DNA from: Candidatus Marinacidobacterales bacterium
GTDB lineage: Bacteria > Acidobacteriota > Vicinamibacteria > Marinacidobacterales > SMYC01
Reading direction: 5' to 3'
Length of the DNA: 64,000 nucleotides
Assembly (NCBI GenBank): GCA_965224085.1
Contig: CBDCYI010000004.1
Location: 1,376,001-1,440,000, forward strand
Shown one piece after another: positions 10,992 through 20,059 of this stretch. Position 1 is the first letter of the stretch; each line of letters begins with the position of its first letter. Made by a program: the position numbers and the translations under genes. The notes below the pieces were generated by a model. The model was given only the letters and a program-made list of their open reading frames with translations. It searched no databases and was not told where the DNA came from.

Positions 10992-12929
10992 CTAGCCGGA
11001 AGTTCCCGGCTTAGGCCAGACGTAATGTATTGAACGCGTGGAGTTTTTCATCAGGGAAGGTTTCCCGGCACTGGGAACAAACCGAGCAGTTGCATTGCGC
11101 GTTGTTGTGTTGAGTTGGCTTCGGTCACCATCTGGAATGGTGGAGCGGTCGGGTCGGCTTTGAGTTGGCAAAGGTTGAGACTGCGGGTAGCAAGCTCGGC
11201 AAGAAGCGTGGGGAAACTGTGAATAGGTAATCCGTCAGATGTGCGACGGACGCTCTTTTTGTTTTTGGCCGAAGTCGAGGGCAGAGCTGGCAAGACGGGG
11301 TCTCGGGTCTCGCGGTCGGCGTCAAGTTGCTCGTCGACGAAAAGTAGTGGAGCAAGGGCCTTTTTCATGTGCCATTGCACATAGTAGGCGAGCAAGCACA
11401 AGAAGATGTGTGCCCGCACGCGTTGGGCATCGCGATGGCGGATGGGTCGTACTAACAGGTCGATGCCCTTCAAACAACGAAAGGCTTGTTCAACCTGAGA
11501 GAGCCGCTTGTAGCTGCGCACGGTGTCCTCGGCCGAGAGATGCTCAAGCGGCTCGCTGGTGCGGATTACGTAGATGCCGTCGCGTTCCGATTCTCGGCGA
11601 ATGCTTTCCTCGCGTCTGCTGTAGCTAAAAAGGCTATCTTCGATCTTCAGTGTGAAGTGCTTGCCCACTTTGTAATGGTTGAGCACCTTTCCGACCTTCT
11701 TGCCAATTTCAGCTTTGTCCAAAGGAGTTTTCGTTCGCCGGGCAACCTGTCGGCGGATCTTGTCGAACTTGGCCTCGGTCGCTTCAAGCAGGGCCTGGCG
11801 CTTCCTTCGCCTCTCTTCGGCCAGCAGAGGGTTGTAGCAAGCAATCAGTCGCTCACCGGGAAAATCAATAGAAGTGATCTCCGCCAGGTTTTTTTGGTCG
11901 AACAGCGACAGCTGCAAACACTCCGTGTCCAGTAGTTTGCGAATCGCTGTCGAACGCAAGGCTGAGATCCAGCCAAGTCCTGGGTATTGCCTTAGAGCCT
12001 TAATCTGAGTCTGAGTGAGCAAGCCCCGGTCACCAACCAGCACCACCTGTTGAAGCTCAAAACGCTCACGAAGCTTTTGTACTTGATCCGGCAGTGTCGT
12101 CGGATCCCCTGTGTTCCCCGGGTAGACCTCCACGGCCACGGGACGTCCTTCGTGGTCCGTTAACACTCCATAGACAACGATGGGTTTGCCCTTTTTACCA
12201 TCTCGGCCGTAGCCGAAAAGAGCCAGTGGACAGGTGCGTCCTTCATAGTAGCTACTGCTCACATCGTAAAGCACCTGTGCACCCTCGGAAAGGTGTCGAC
12301 TCGCCAGCTTCTTTTCGATCCGAGACTGGCGCTGGATCAACCAATCCATTGCCGCATAGAGATCATCTTCGTCCGCATCGACCACGCCGAGCTCTTGCGC
12401 CAGCGTTGTCGTGTGCCACAGTCGTGTCGTGCCCAACTTCGAGCTGGGATGAATGAGTTGCTCGGCAATCATGGCGATAACCAGATCGCGTTCGCGACAT
12501 CGTTTCGACGCGATGAGTCTATCGAGTTCCAGTTGGTGGATGGTGCCGAGCACTGCCTCGACATGGCCGTGGGGCAGTGTCCGCTGCACGACGAACACAT
12601 CCGACGGAGCCATCAAGGGCTCGTCTCTCAGTAAGCGTCGCAGGGCTTCGACCTTGGCCTTGGGCCACTCCGTCAGATTGGCGATGGTGCGTTTTCGGAT
12701 GCGCTTTCCCTCTCGCCAACCCTCGCGCAACAAGATGGCTGGCCGGGAGTTCCGGTTGGGAACGATGTCGACATACATGGCAACAATAATACACATAAAA
12801 AGCTTAATATCAATATAAAACAGATCAATACATGGGAAAACTTGTGGGGCCACATTTTCTCGTTTCCCACTTAGAATCAATGAATTACACCCCGTTCTAG
12901 GTGTTTCTGTTAGGGGAACTTCTGACTAG
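10992..12929 (-). mobile_element. IS1634-family insertion sequence
   Basis: Imperfect terminal IRs CTAGCCGGAAGTTCCC (from 10992) and CTAGTCAGAAGTTCCC (reverse complement, ending 12929) around an intact transposase. Confidence 0.88.
11051..12778 (-). CDS. IS1634-family DDE transposase
   Basis: LYDVSSSYYEG, GYGRDGK, VGDRG, YKRLSQVEQAFR, VRAHIFLCLLAY; probable start MYVDIVPNR. Confidence 0.93.
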   Translation of the reverse strand: MYVDIVPNRNSRPAILLREGWREGKRIRKRTIANLTEWPKAKVEALRRLLRDEPLMAPSDVFVVQRTLPHGHVEAVLGTIHQLELDRLIASKRCRERDLVIAMIAEQLIHPSSKLGTTRLWHTTTLAQELGVVDADEDDLYAAMDWLIQRQSRIEKKLASRHLSEGAQVLYDVSSSYYEGRTCPLALFGYGRDGKKGKPIVVYGVLTDHEGRPVAVEVYPGNTGDPTTLPDQVQKLRERFELQQVVLVGDRGLLTQTQIKALRQYPGLGWISALRSTAIRKLLDTECLQLSLFDQKNLAEITSIDFPGERLIACYNPLLAEERRRKRQALLEATEAKFDKIRRQVARRTKTPLDKAEIGKKVGKVLNHYKVGKHFTLKIEDSLFSYSRREESIRRESERDGIYVIRTSEPLEHLSAEDTVRSYKRLSQVEQAFRCLKGIDLLVRPIRHRDAQRVRAHIFLCLLAYYVQWHMKKALAPLLFVDEQLDADRETRDPVLPALPSTSAKNKKSVRRTSDGLPIHSFPTLLAELATRSLNLCQLKADPTAPPFQMVTEANSTQQRAMQLLGLFPVPGNLP

Positions 12930-14047
12930 CTCTCCAAGCGCGACAGAAGCGCGGCGACATTACCGCCGAGCACCTTCTTGATGCGCGCTTCGGAGAAGCC
13001 GCGCCGCAGCATGAGCTCGCTCAGCTGTGGCATCCCCCCGGCATCGATGGGCGTTTCTACGTAGCCGTCGAAGTCCGAGCCAATCGCCACCGCGTCCTCG
13101 CCCGCGACGCCTATCACGTGCTCTATGTGCTCGAGCGCCTCGACGAGGCTCGGCTCCGAGAGCGCGGGCGGGGCGAGCATAATGCCGATGACACCCCCGC
13201 GCTCGGCGACGGCACGGATCTGTGGGTCGGTCAGATTCCGCCATGAGTCGTGGACCGCACGGACCCCGCCATGGCTTACGAGCGGCGGAAGTTCGGTAAG
13301 CGCGATCGCGTCATCGAACGTCGCGGGTGAGGCATGGGCAAGATCGAGCATCACCCCCGCACGGTTCATCGCTTCGACGAGGTCGCGACCGAGCGCGCTC
13401 AGCCCGCGATCCGACCCCGAGGCGCTTCCGCCATACGCGTTGTCGCTCAAGTGCACGGGGCTGATGAAGACAACGCCGAGCGCCGCGACCTCTTCGACGC
13501 GGCTCACGTCGTCGCCGAGCGCGTGGGCGCCTTCGATACCGTGAAAGACGGAGAACCGTCCGGCTTCGTGGTGATCGCGGAGAGCCGCCGCGTTCATCGC
13601 GAGTGCAACATCCCCGGCATCGACCCAGTTCCGCATCTTCCGTAGTTGGAATCGAAGCCGCTCCCAAGGGGAGAACCACGTCGCGGGTGGCCACCGATCG
13701 TGAAACGCCTTCAGACCCGCGAGCCCGAAGAAGGCGGTTGCGCTGGTGAATCCGACAGCGTCGAGGCCGCCCCTCCGCATGCGCGGAAAATCCACGTGCC
13801 CTCCTTGCCCCTCGAGTGTGAGGTCGCGCGGCCAAAGAAGCGAATCGGCGTGAAGATCGACGACGAGCGCCTCGCGATGGATGCGAAGCGCCTCGTCACT
13901 GACCTCGATGGCCGCCGAAGGCCGAAACGAAGGCTCGGGATCCCACAGGAAGAACAAACCAACGATGGTGAAGACTACGGCGATGATGAGAAGAGAAGCA
14001 CGCCGCCGAGGTAGCCGGGGGCGGCTAGCCGGTTGCCGACTAGCCAC
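12926..14047 (-). CDS. Membrane dipeptidase (peptidase M19)
   Basis: DLHAD, GIEG, DLAH, SH, GSDFDG, GGN; N-terminal TM segment. Confidence 0.9.
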   Translation of the reverse strand: MASRQPASRPRLPRRRASLLIIAVVFTIVGLFFLWDPEPSFRPSAAIEVSDEALRIHREALVVDLHADSLLWPRDLTLEGQGGHVDFPRMRRGGLDAVGFTSATAFFGLAGLKAFHDRWPPATWFSPWERLRFQLRKMRNWVDAGDVALAMNAAALRDHHEAGRFSVFHGIEGAHALGDDVSRVEEVAALGVVFISPVHLSDNAYGGSASGSDRGLSALGRDLVEAMNRAGVMLDLAHASPATFDDAIALTELPPLVSHGGVRAVHDSWRNLTDPQIRAVAERGGVIGIMLAPPALSEPSLVEALEHIEHVIGVAGEDAVAIGSDFDGYVETPIDAGGMPQLSELMLRRGFSEARIKKVLGGNVAALLSRLES

Positions 14048-15053
14048 CGCGAGTATGCATCTCGAGGTGCGGGTCCTTCCGAAGCGTTTCTACTTGGACC
14101 GGGTCCCGTCTGCGCTCGGCGCCCCGGTCCTCGCGCGCTCGCCACGTCGAAGCGATGAGCGCCGTCAGCTCTTCGTCGGTCGCGCCTCCCCGGAGCTCGC
14201 CGCGCAGATCCGCCCCGTTGTGCGCATAGAGGCAGAGGTACCACATGCCGTCTGCAGTCAAGCGGCTCCGATCGCAGGTGCGGCAAAAAGGCGCCGTCAT
14301 CGTGGCGATGATGCCGAAGGTCGTCCCGTCGGGAAGCCGGTAACGTCTAGCGGGCGCCCAGCTCTCGAGATCGACCGGCTCTGCCTGTGCACCGAAATGT
14401 TCGGCCACGACTTTTAGAATCTCGTCCCGCGAGAAGACTTGCCCGTCCGACCACCGGGTCGCGCCGCCCACATCCATGTACTCGATGAATCGCACTTCCG
14501 CGGATACTCTCTTGCCGTAGTCGATCAGATCGATCACCTCGTCGTCGTTCACACCTCGCATCACAACGGTATCGAGCTTGAGGCCGGTGAAGCCGGCGCT
14601 ACGCGCCTGGTCGATACCGGCGAGGACGTCTTTTAGCTGATCGCGCTGGCTGAGCTCGCGAAACCGCCCGGCACGGAGCGTGTCGATACTGACGGTGATT
14701 CGCGACAGCCCAGCGTCCCAGAGCGCTTTCGCCCGGGTCGCAAGCAGGAGACCATTCGTCGTAAGCGCAAGATCTTTGACCTGCTCGTTGTCGCTGAGCA
14801 TGCGGACGAGCTCGGGAAAATCCCTCCTGAGAAGGGGCTCACCGCCGGTGAGGCGCACTTTTTCGACACCCAGCGAGGTGAAGATCTGGACAAGGCGTGC
14901 CGTTTCTTCGAAGCTCAAAACGTCGCTCTTGGGAAGCCACACATACTCGGCTTCCGGCATGCAGTACTGGCAGCGCAAGTTACAGCGATCGGTGACCGAT
15001 ACACGCAAGCTTCGGACAGGCCTTTGGAGTCTGTCTACTAGATGTGTCGTCAC
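14040..15053 (-). CDS. moaA: GTP 3',8-cyclase MoaA
   Basis: LRVSVTDRCNLRCQYC, LTGGEPL, FCRTCDRSRLTADG...CL, C-terminal GG. Confidence 0.96.
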   Translation of the reverse strand: MTTHLVDRLQRPVRSLRVSVTDRCNLRCQYCMPEAEYVWLPKSDVLSFEETARLVQIFTSLGVEKVRLTGGEPLLRRDFPELVRMLSDNEQVKDLALTTNGLLLATRAKALWDAGLSRITVSIDTLRAGRFRELSQRDQLKDVLAGIDQARSAGFTGLKLDTVVMRGVNDDEVIDLIDYGKRVSAEVRFIEYMDVGGATRWSDGQVFSRDEILKVVAEHFGAQAEPVDLESWAPARRYRLPDGTTFGIIATMTAPFCRTCDRSRLTADGMWYLCLYAHNGADLRGELRGGATDEELTALIASTWRAREDRGAERRRDPVQVETLRKDPHLEMHTRGG

Positions 15054-15304
15054 ACGCGCAGTCTAGCAGGGTGCTCAAGAAAGGTCATCTGCACCCCTGG
15101 CGCTTTGTCCCCGGTTGATCGAGCCGGCGGAAAAGCGATACAAAGCTCGCATGATGGTCCTGCTACTGCTCGTCCTATGGACGTAGAGTTTGATTGCCGG
15201 GATGAGGGTGGACGCCTTCCCACTGGCCGGGCTCGATGACGAACTACAGGGCTAGCCTCGAGGGTGATGCATCCGATAGCCGTTAGCAAAATGGCGCGAC
15301 GCAT
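15050..15304 (-). CDS. Short hypothetical ORF or gene remnant
   Basis: Strong RBS AAGGAGG upstream of ATG 15304; signal-like start MRRAILLTAIGC; stop overlaps the moaA start. Confidence 0.35.
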   Translation of the reverse strand: MRRAILLTAIGCITLEASPVVRHRARPVGRRPPSSRQSNSTSIGRAVAGPSCELCIAFPPARSTGDKAPGVQMTFLEHPARLRV

Positions 15305-15420
15305 GAGTTGCCTCCTTTTCGGTTCGAGGCCATTTAGTACGGATTCGAGTCGGTTGCCAACTGCTCGTAGCGCTTCCAGCAGCTATCGGCTCATCGCCTT
15401 GTGAGGGGAGGTGACAAAGC

Positions 15421-15452
15421 AAAGGGGGCGAAGACCTTGCGGCCTCCGCCCA
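15421..15452 (-). terminator. Probable intrinsic terminator after trxA
   Basis: Minus strand GGGCGGAGGCC-GCAA-GGTCTTCGCCC followed by CCTTT. Confidence 0.6.
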
Positions 15453-15474
15453 AAGCGAGCGCGCGTCGCGGCCG

Positions 15475-15816
15475 TTAGGACGCGACGGCGATCAAGTTGT
15501 TCAGCTTCTCCGCGAGCGCTTCTTTCGGCGCCGCGCCGACGAGCTGCTCGACGACCTTGCCATCTTGAATGAATAAAATCGTCGGTATCGAGCGCACGCC
15601 AAACTGCTCACCGAGCCGAGGCTGCTCGTCGACGTTGACTTTGGCCACTTTGGCTTTGCCCTCGAAATCAGCTGCCAGCTCTTCGATGGCGGGTGCGATC
15701 ATCCGACACGGCCCGCACCACTCGGCCCAAAAATCCACGAGGACCGGCTGCGAGGAGTCGAGCACCTCACTCTTGAAATTATCCTCCGTTGCAGTGATGT
15801 ACTTCGCGTCACCCAT
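15475..15816 (-). CDS. trxA: Thioredoxin
   Basis: VLVDFWAEWCGPCRMIAP, VRSIPT; ATG overlaps the TetR stop (TAATG). Confidence 0.95.
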   Translation of the reverse strand: MGDAKYITATEDNFKSEVLDSSQPVLVDFWAEWCGPCRMIAPAIEELAADFEGKAKVAKVNVDEQPRLGEQFGVRSIPTILFIQDGKVVEQLVGAAPKEALAEKLNNLIAVAS

Positions 15817-16421
15817 TATGCAGGTCTCCTTTCTTCCGTAAACTGTTTCTGGTCTAGAACTGAAAGCGTCACGTCCACGGCGTCTCGTAGTACGTCGACG
15901 TCGACACAACATCTCGACAAAACTCGAAGTCCTTGAAGGGCGTTCGTCAAATAACGGGCGAGCGCGCGCGAACCGTGACGGCCCGAGAGGTCCGGCGCCT
16001 TCGCGAGCGACGCTTCGAAGGCATTCTCGAGGCGTTTCAAGTTCTTCCGGATCCGCGCTGCCGTCTCTTCGTCCCCTTCGGCCAAGGACACGGCCGTGTT
16101 GGTGATGAAGCAGCCGCGGGTTCCCTGAGAGCACGCGCACTCGAGCACCACCTCGCCAAGAATCTTCGCAATGCGATCCCGCACAGTGCCGCCTTCCGCG
16201 AGCACGCGCACCGTCTTGTCATGAAAACGCTGCTCGTAAAGGTCGAGCGCTTCGAGAAAAAGTTGCTGCTTGTCTCCGAATGCGGCGTAGAGACTCCCCC
16301 GCTGAATGCCCATGATGTCGACGAGATCCTGGATTGAGGTTCTGTCGTAGCCACGCGTCCAAAACACGTTGATCGCGCGGTCCAAGACTTCATCCCGATT
16401 AAACTCTCGTGGTCTCGCCAT
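15816..16421 (-). CDS. TetR/AcrR regulator (NemR/ComR-like)
   Basis: MARPREF...FWTRGY..TS..DL...GSLYAAFGDK, GCFITN; several Cys. Confidence 0.92.
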   Translation of the reverse strand: MARPREFNRDEVLDRAINVFWTRGYDRTSIQDLVDIMGIQRGSLYAAFGDKQQLFLEALDLYEQRFHDKTVRVLAEGGTVRDRIAKILGEVVLECACSQGTRGCFITNTAVSLAEGDEETAARIRKNLKRLENAFEASLAKAPDLSGRHGSRALARYLTNALQGLRVLSRCCVDVDVLRDAVDVTLSVLDQKQFTEERRPA

Positions 16422-16439
16422 CTCAGGAATGACTATACA

Positions 16440-16464
16440 CATTCTGGAACGAACAGTCAATAAT
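16440..16464. promoter_or_regulatory. Putative TetR operator/promoter
   Basis: Imperfect palindrome TTCTGGAACGAACAGTCAATAA with a TTGACT -35-like box on the minus strand. Confidence 0.45.
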
Positions 16465-16517
16465 AAATTTAAGCCGTATTGTAACAACGGTTTAAGGCGT
16501 AAGCATGAAAACTTGCA

Positions 16518-16548
16518 ACTTATGAACAATTGAATTATCATTCAATCG
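16518..16548. promoter_or_regulatory. Putative SmtB/CzrA-type operator
   Basis: AT-rich TATGAACAATTGAATTATCATTCA directly upstream of the ArsR gene. Confidence 0.45.
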
Positions 16549-16550
16549 TA

Positions 16551-16898
16551 ATGGCGACGATGACGACGAGCTCCCACCGATGTCCCGACATCGAAAAGGA
16601 CGTCCTCTCGGTCGAGCAGGCGCGGATCCTCGCGGAGACCTTTCAGGTCCTCGGTGACCCGACGCGGGTGCGCATCGTGCACGCGCTCTCGCTTGCCGAG
16701 CTCTGCACCACGGACCTCGCCGCGGTCGTCGCGATGAGCGAGTCCGCGGTCTCACATCAACTGCGCACGCTGCGGCAGCTCCACGTCGTGCGGAGCCGCC
16801 GCAACGGTAAGCTCGTTTATTACAGTTTGAACGACGACCACATCCGTAGCCTTTTCCAGCAAGGCCTCGAGCACGCCTTCGAGACAGAGCAACGTTGA
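16551..16898 (+). CDS. ArsR/SmtB metal-sensing repressor
   Basis: FQVLGDPTRVRI, ELC..DLA, SESAVSHQLR.L, and an alpha5-type site DDHI...LEH. Confidence 0.93.
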   Translation: MATMTTSSHRCPDIEKDVLSVEQARILAETFQVLGDPTRVRIVHALSLAELCTTDLAAVVAMSESAVSHQLRTLRQLHVVRSRRNGKLVYYSLNDDHIRSLFQQGLEHAFETEQR

Positions 16899-17863
16899 CC
16901 ACGAACAACGACAACGAGCACAACCACGCGCGCGGTCGCTCCGACGGGCGGACCCGCCGCTCGATGGTGCTCGCCTTTCTCTTGACCTCTGGCTTCATGC
17001 TCGCCGAGCTCATCGGCGGCATCCTCGCGAACAGCCTCGCTCTCATGGCCGACGCCGGGCACATGGTCTCCGACGCCGCGGCGCTCGGTCTCGGTCTATT
17101 CGCGATGTGGATCGCGAGCCACCCACACACGCAGCGGCGCACCTTCGGCTTTCACCGCGCCGAGATACTCGCTGCGCTCGCTAACGGATCGCTTCTCATC
17201 GTGATTGCTTTCGTCGTCAGTTGGCACGCCTTCGAGCGGCTTTCCGGAAGCGCCGCCGAGGTGGCGAGCGGTCCGATGCTCGCCATCGCTTGCATCGGGC
17301 TCGCGGTGAACCTCGTATCGCTGCACATTCTCGGCGGCCATAGCCACGGAAACCTGAATTTGCGCGCCGCCTTTTTGCATGTCGTGGGCGATGCCCTCGG
17401 CTCTGCCGGCGTCATTCTGGCCGCGATCGTCATCCGTTTCACGGGCTGGACACCGATCGACGCGCTCGTAAGTATCTTTATCGCCGTTCTAATTCTCGTT
17501 TCTGGCTGGCGGCTCGTGCGCGAAACGGTCTCAGTCCTTCTCGAGAACGCACCGCGTCACCTCGATTCGGATGCGCTGCGGAAGGATCTCATCGCCATCG
17601 AAGGGATCGAGAATGTCCACGATCTGCACGTGTGGACGGTCACCTCCGGCTTCGTCTCGTTGAGCTGCCACGCGGAAGTGACTTCGAGTGACGTCGCTGA
17701 CACTGTCTTGAGACGAGCTACCGCACTGCTTCGAGAGCGTTATGGCATCCGCCACGTCACCATCCAACCGGAAACGTCGTGGATTCACGAGGAGCTCGAG
17801 CACTGCTGCTCGGGCGAGCACGAGTCGTCGCCGTCCCTCCGGCGATTTCTGAATCAAAGCTGA
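16895..17863 (+). CDS. Cation diffusion facilitator (CzcD/ZitB-like)
   Basis: SLALMADAGHM.SD, TFGFHRAE, NLRAAFLHVVGD, HDLHVW, HVTIQPE. Confidence 0.95.
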   Translation: MTTNNDNEHNHARGRSDGRTRRSMVLAFLLTSGFMLAELIGGILANSLALMADAGHMVSDAAALGLGLFAMWIASHPHTQRRTFGFHRAEILAALANGSLLIVIAFVVSWHAFERLSGSAAEVASGPMLAIACIGLAVNLVSLHILGGHSHGNLNLRAAFLHVVGDALGSAGVILAAIVIRFTGWTPIDALVSIFIAVLILVSGWRLVRETVSVLLENAPRHLDSDALRKDLIAIEGIENVHDLHVWTVTSGFVSLSCHAEVTSSDVADTVLRRATALLRERYGIRHVTIQPETSWIHEELEHCCSGEHESSPSLRRFLNQS

Positions 17864-17867
17864 GCCC

Positions 17868-19841
17868 ATGCGAGCCCTCCTCGCGATTCTTGCCTTGACC
17901 ATGGCTCAAGAGCCCGCGCGCTCGCGACGCGACTTGCTCATCGTGCACCCGGATCGCAGCGCTCCCGTGGAGCTCGAGTCCTGGCGACGGTGGAACGTGA
18001 CGAGCATCGCGGCCTCGAAAGTGACCCTTGAAGAGCTCGCGCAAGGGAGCGTCGCTCTTGTCGGCACGTCGGCGTCGAACCGATGGATCCGTGAGCTCGC
18101 GCCCAAAGAGTTCGTCGAGTGGTATGACCGTCTCGGCTATCTCGTGCAGATCTCCCAGCGGAACCCGCTGAACCCCCGTTACCGCCTGACCATCGTGGCC
18201 GGCGAATTGGCCAGCGTAATAGATAGCCCCATCCCGCGCCGTCGCGCGGACGTGCACATAAGGCGGGATGGATTTACGGCGCTTCTTGGGTTTCGCCGAG
18301 AGGACGGCTCGTACGAGTTACGCCCTTTCGAGCTCGCGACGCATCCACAGCTCGTCACCGACGCCTTTCGTTTCTTCGTGCACGGCTTCGACGTCCCCGA
18401 CGACGCGCTTCGCCGCTTCATACGGTCCGGGCCGCGGGTGGACGTTCATGTCTATCCGAGTCTCGAAGAAAAAGGCCTCATTACCGATGACACGCGTTCC
18501 GCCCACACGGACGACGGCAGATACCACATCGTTCTTGGCGTCGATGAAAAGCCCGCGCGTCTGCTTGCGGAGACCGGCGACGGACCACTTCTTTTGAAAC
18601 GTGGACGCGCGGCGCTCCGCGCCTATGACCGCGCCGAGCTCGACCGCCTCGACGAGATCGCGCGGCGCGTCATGAGCCTCAGCACACCGCCTTCGCTCGT
18701 GCAGCTCTTGGACGACGCTCACTTCGAAGCGACGTCGCCGTTCATCACGGAGGCCGTCGCAGCGTCCTTCGCTCGCTTCGTTGATGATCGCGAGGCTGAT
18801 GTCGAGAAGCTAGGGGACGCTTGGGCGCGGGCGCTCGCTGGAAAGAAGCCGCTTACCAACTCTTTCGCGCCGCCGCGCGGTTTCCAGCGCGGCTTTACCT
18901 ACGCGCACGAGGGCTACCAGATTCACAACGGCTATCTCTCCGAGCGATCGGATGCTTCTTTAGGCCAGCTGCAACAGCTCGGTATCGACACGGTTGCGGT
19001 CGTGCCGTACACGTTTATGAGAGCCCCGACTCAGATCGTGCCGCTCGAAGTGCCCAGGCGCGCAGGCTCGGAGACCGACGAGGACGTTGCCCACGTGATC
19101 CGACGCGCGCGCGAGCGTGGCCTGGACGTGCTTCTCAAGCCTCAGATCTGGGTGCGGCGAAGCTGGCCAGGAGAGATCGAAGGGACGACTCCCGCGGACG
19201 AAGATCGTCTTTTTCACGAGTATGGCGAGTGGATTCGGCACTACGCCCTCATGGCCGAGGAGCTCGAAGTACCGCTCTTTGCGATCGGGACGGAGCTCGC
19301 AAAGCTGACTAACGGACATCGACACAGGTGGCAGACGCTCATCGGAGACATCCGGCGGCTCTATTCCGGCAAGCTCGTCTATGCCGCGAACTGGGGCAAG
19401 GAGGTACAGCAAGTCGATTTCTGGGATCTTCTCGACTATATCGGCGTCGACTTCTACTACCCGCTGAGCCTCGACGAGCATCCAACCGACGAAGAGCTGG
19501 TGAAAGGATTCGAGGCGGCGCTCGATCAAGTCCGCGCGCTTTCCGAGCGCCATCGAAAACCTGTGATCCTGACTGAGATCGGCTACGCGAGCACGAAAAG
19601 CCCTTGGAAGCAACCGTATGCGAGCGACAAGGAGCGCGAGCCCTCTCCCGAGGATCAGGCGCGCGCCTACGAGATCGCTTTCCGCTGCCTTGCCGACGAG
19701 ACCGATTGGATCCACGGCATGTATTGGTGGAAGTGGCCCACGGATCTGAGACGTGGCGGCGACGGCCACCGCGGCTTCGCTCCCAACGGCAAAGCAGCCG
19801 AAGAGGTCCTGCGCCGATGGTACGGCAGTCGGCTACAATAG
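17868..19841 (+). CDS. Secreted protein with C-terminal GH113-like TIM barrel
   Basis: VLLKPQI, IGTEL, YSGKLVYAANW, FWDLLDYIGVDFYYPL, TEIGY, GMYWWKW. Confidence 0.8.
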   Translation: MRALLAILALTMAQEPARSRRDLLIVHPDRSAPVELESWRRWNVTSIAASKVTLEELAQGSVALVGTSASNRWIRELAPKEFVEWYDRLGYLVQISQRNPLNPRYRLTIVAGELASVIDSPIPRRRADVHIRRDGFTALLGFRREDGSYELRPFELATHPQLVTDAFRFFVHGFDVPDDALRRFIRSGPRVDVHVYPSLEEKGLITDDTRSAHTDDGRYHIVLGVDEKPARLLAETGDGPLLLKRGRAALRAYDRAELDRLDEIARRVMSLSTPPSLVQLLDDAHFEATSPFITEAVAASFARFVDDREADVEKLGDAWARALAGKKPLTNSFAPPRGFQRGFTYAHEGYQIHNGYLSERSDASLGQLQQLGIDTVAVVPYTFMRAPTQIVPLEVPRRAGSETDEDVAHVIRRARERGLDVLLKPQIWVRRSWPGEIEGTTPADEDRLFHEYGEWIRHYALMAEELEVPLFAIGTELAKLTNGHRHRWQTLIGDIRRLYSGKLVYAANWGKEVQQVDFWDLLDYIGVDFYYPLSLDEHPTDEELVKGFEAALDQVRALSERHRKPVILTEIGYASTKSPWKQPYASDKEREPSPEDQARAYEIAFRCLADETDWIHGMYWWKWPTDLRRGGDGHRGFAPNGKAAEEVLRRWYGSRLQ

Positions 19842-20059
19842 CGGCCCAAATCAGCGCCCGGAGGACAAACTCATGAAGCTCGTCATCATTAGTACAGGAA
19901 TACAGGACTGGCCATTTGGCTTTCGGGCTCTTCGGACGACCATGCCGAGAACATGGCTCGCGAACATGCGAAGAGCTGACAGCTGACAACCTGACATTGA
20001 CGGGCCTCTTCGAGGCCGCTAGCCTGGATTAATCACCTACAATATCGCGGAGGCCTCTT

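Noticed and set aside
15054-15300. Moco or guanidine riboswitch upstream of moaA
   Set aside because: I could not match the conserved motifs by eye, and an ORF with a strong RBS occupies the region. An Rfam scan would settle it.
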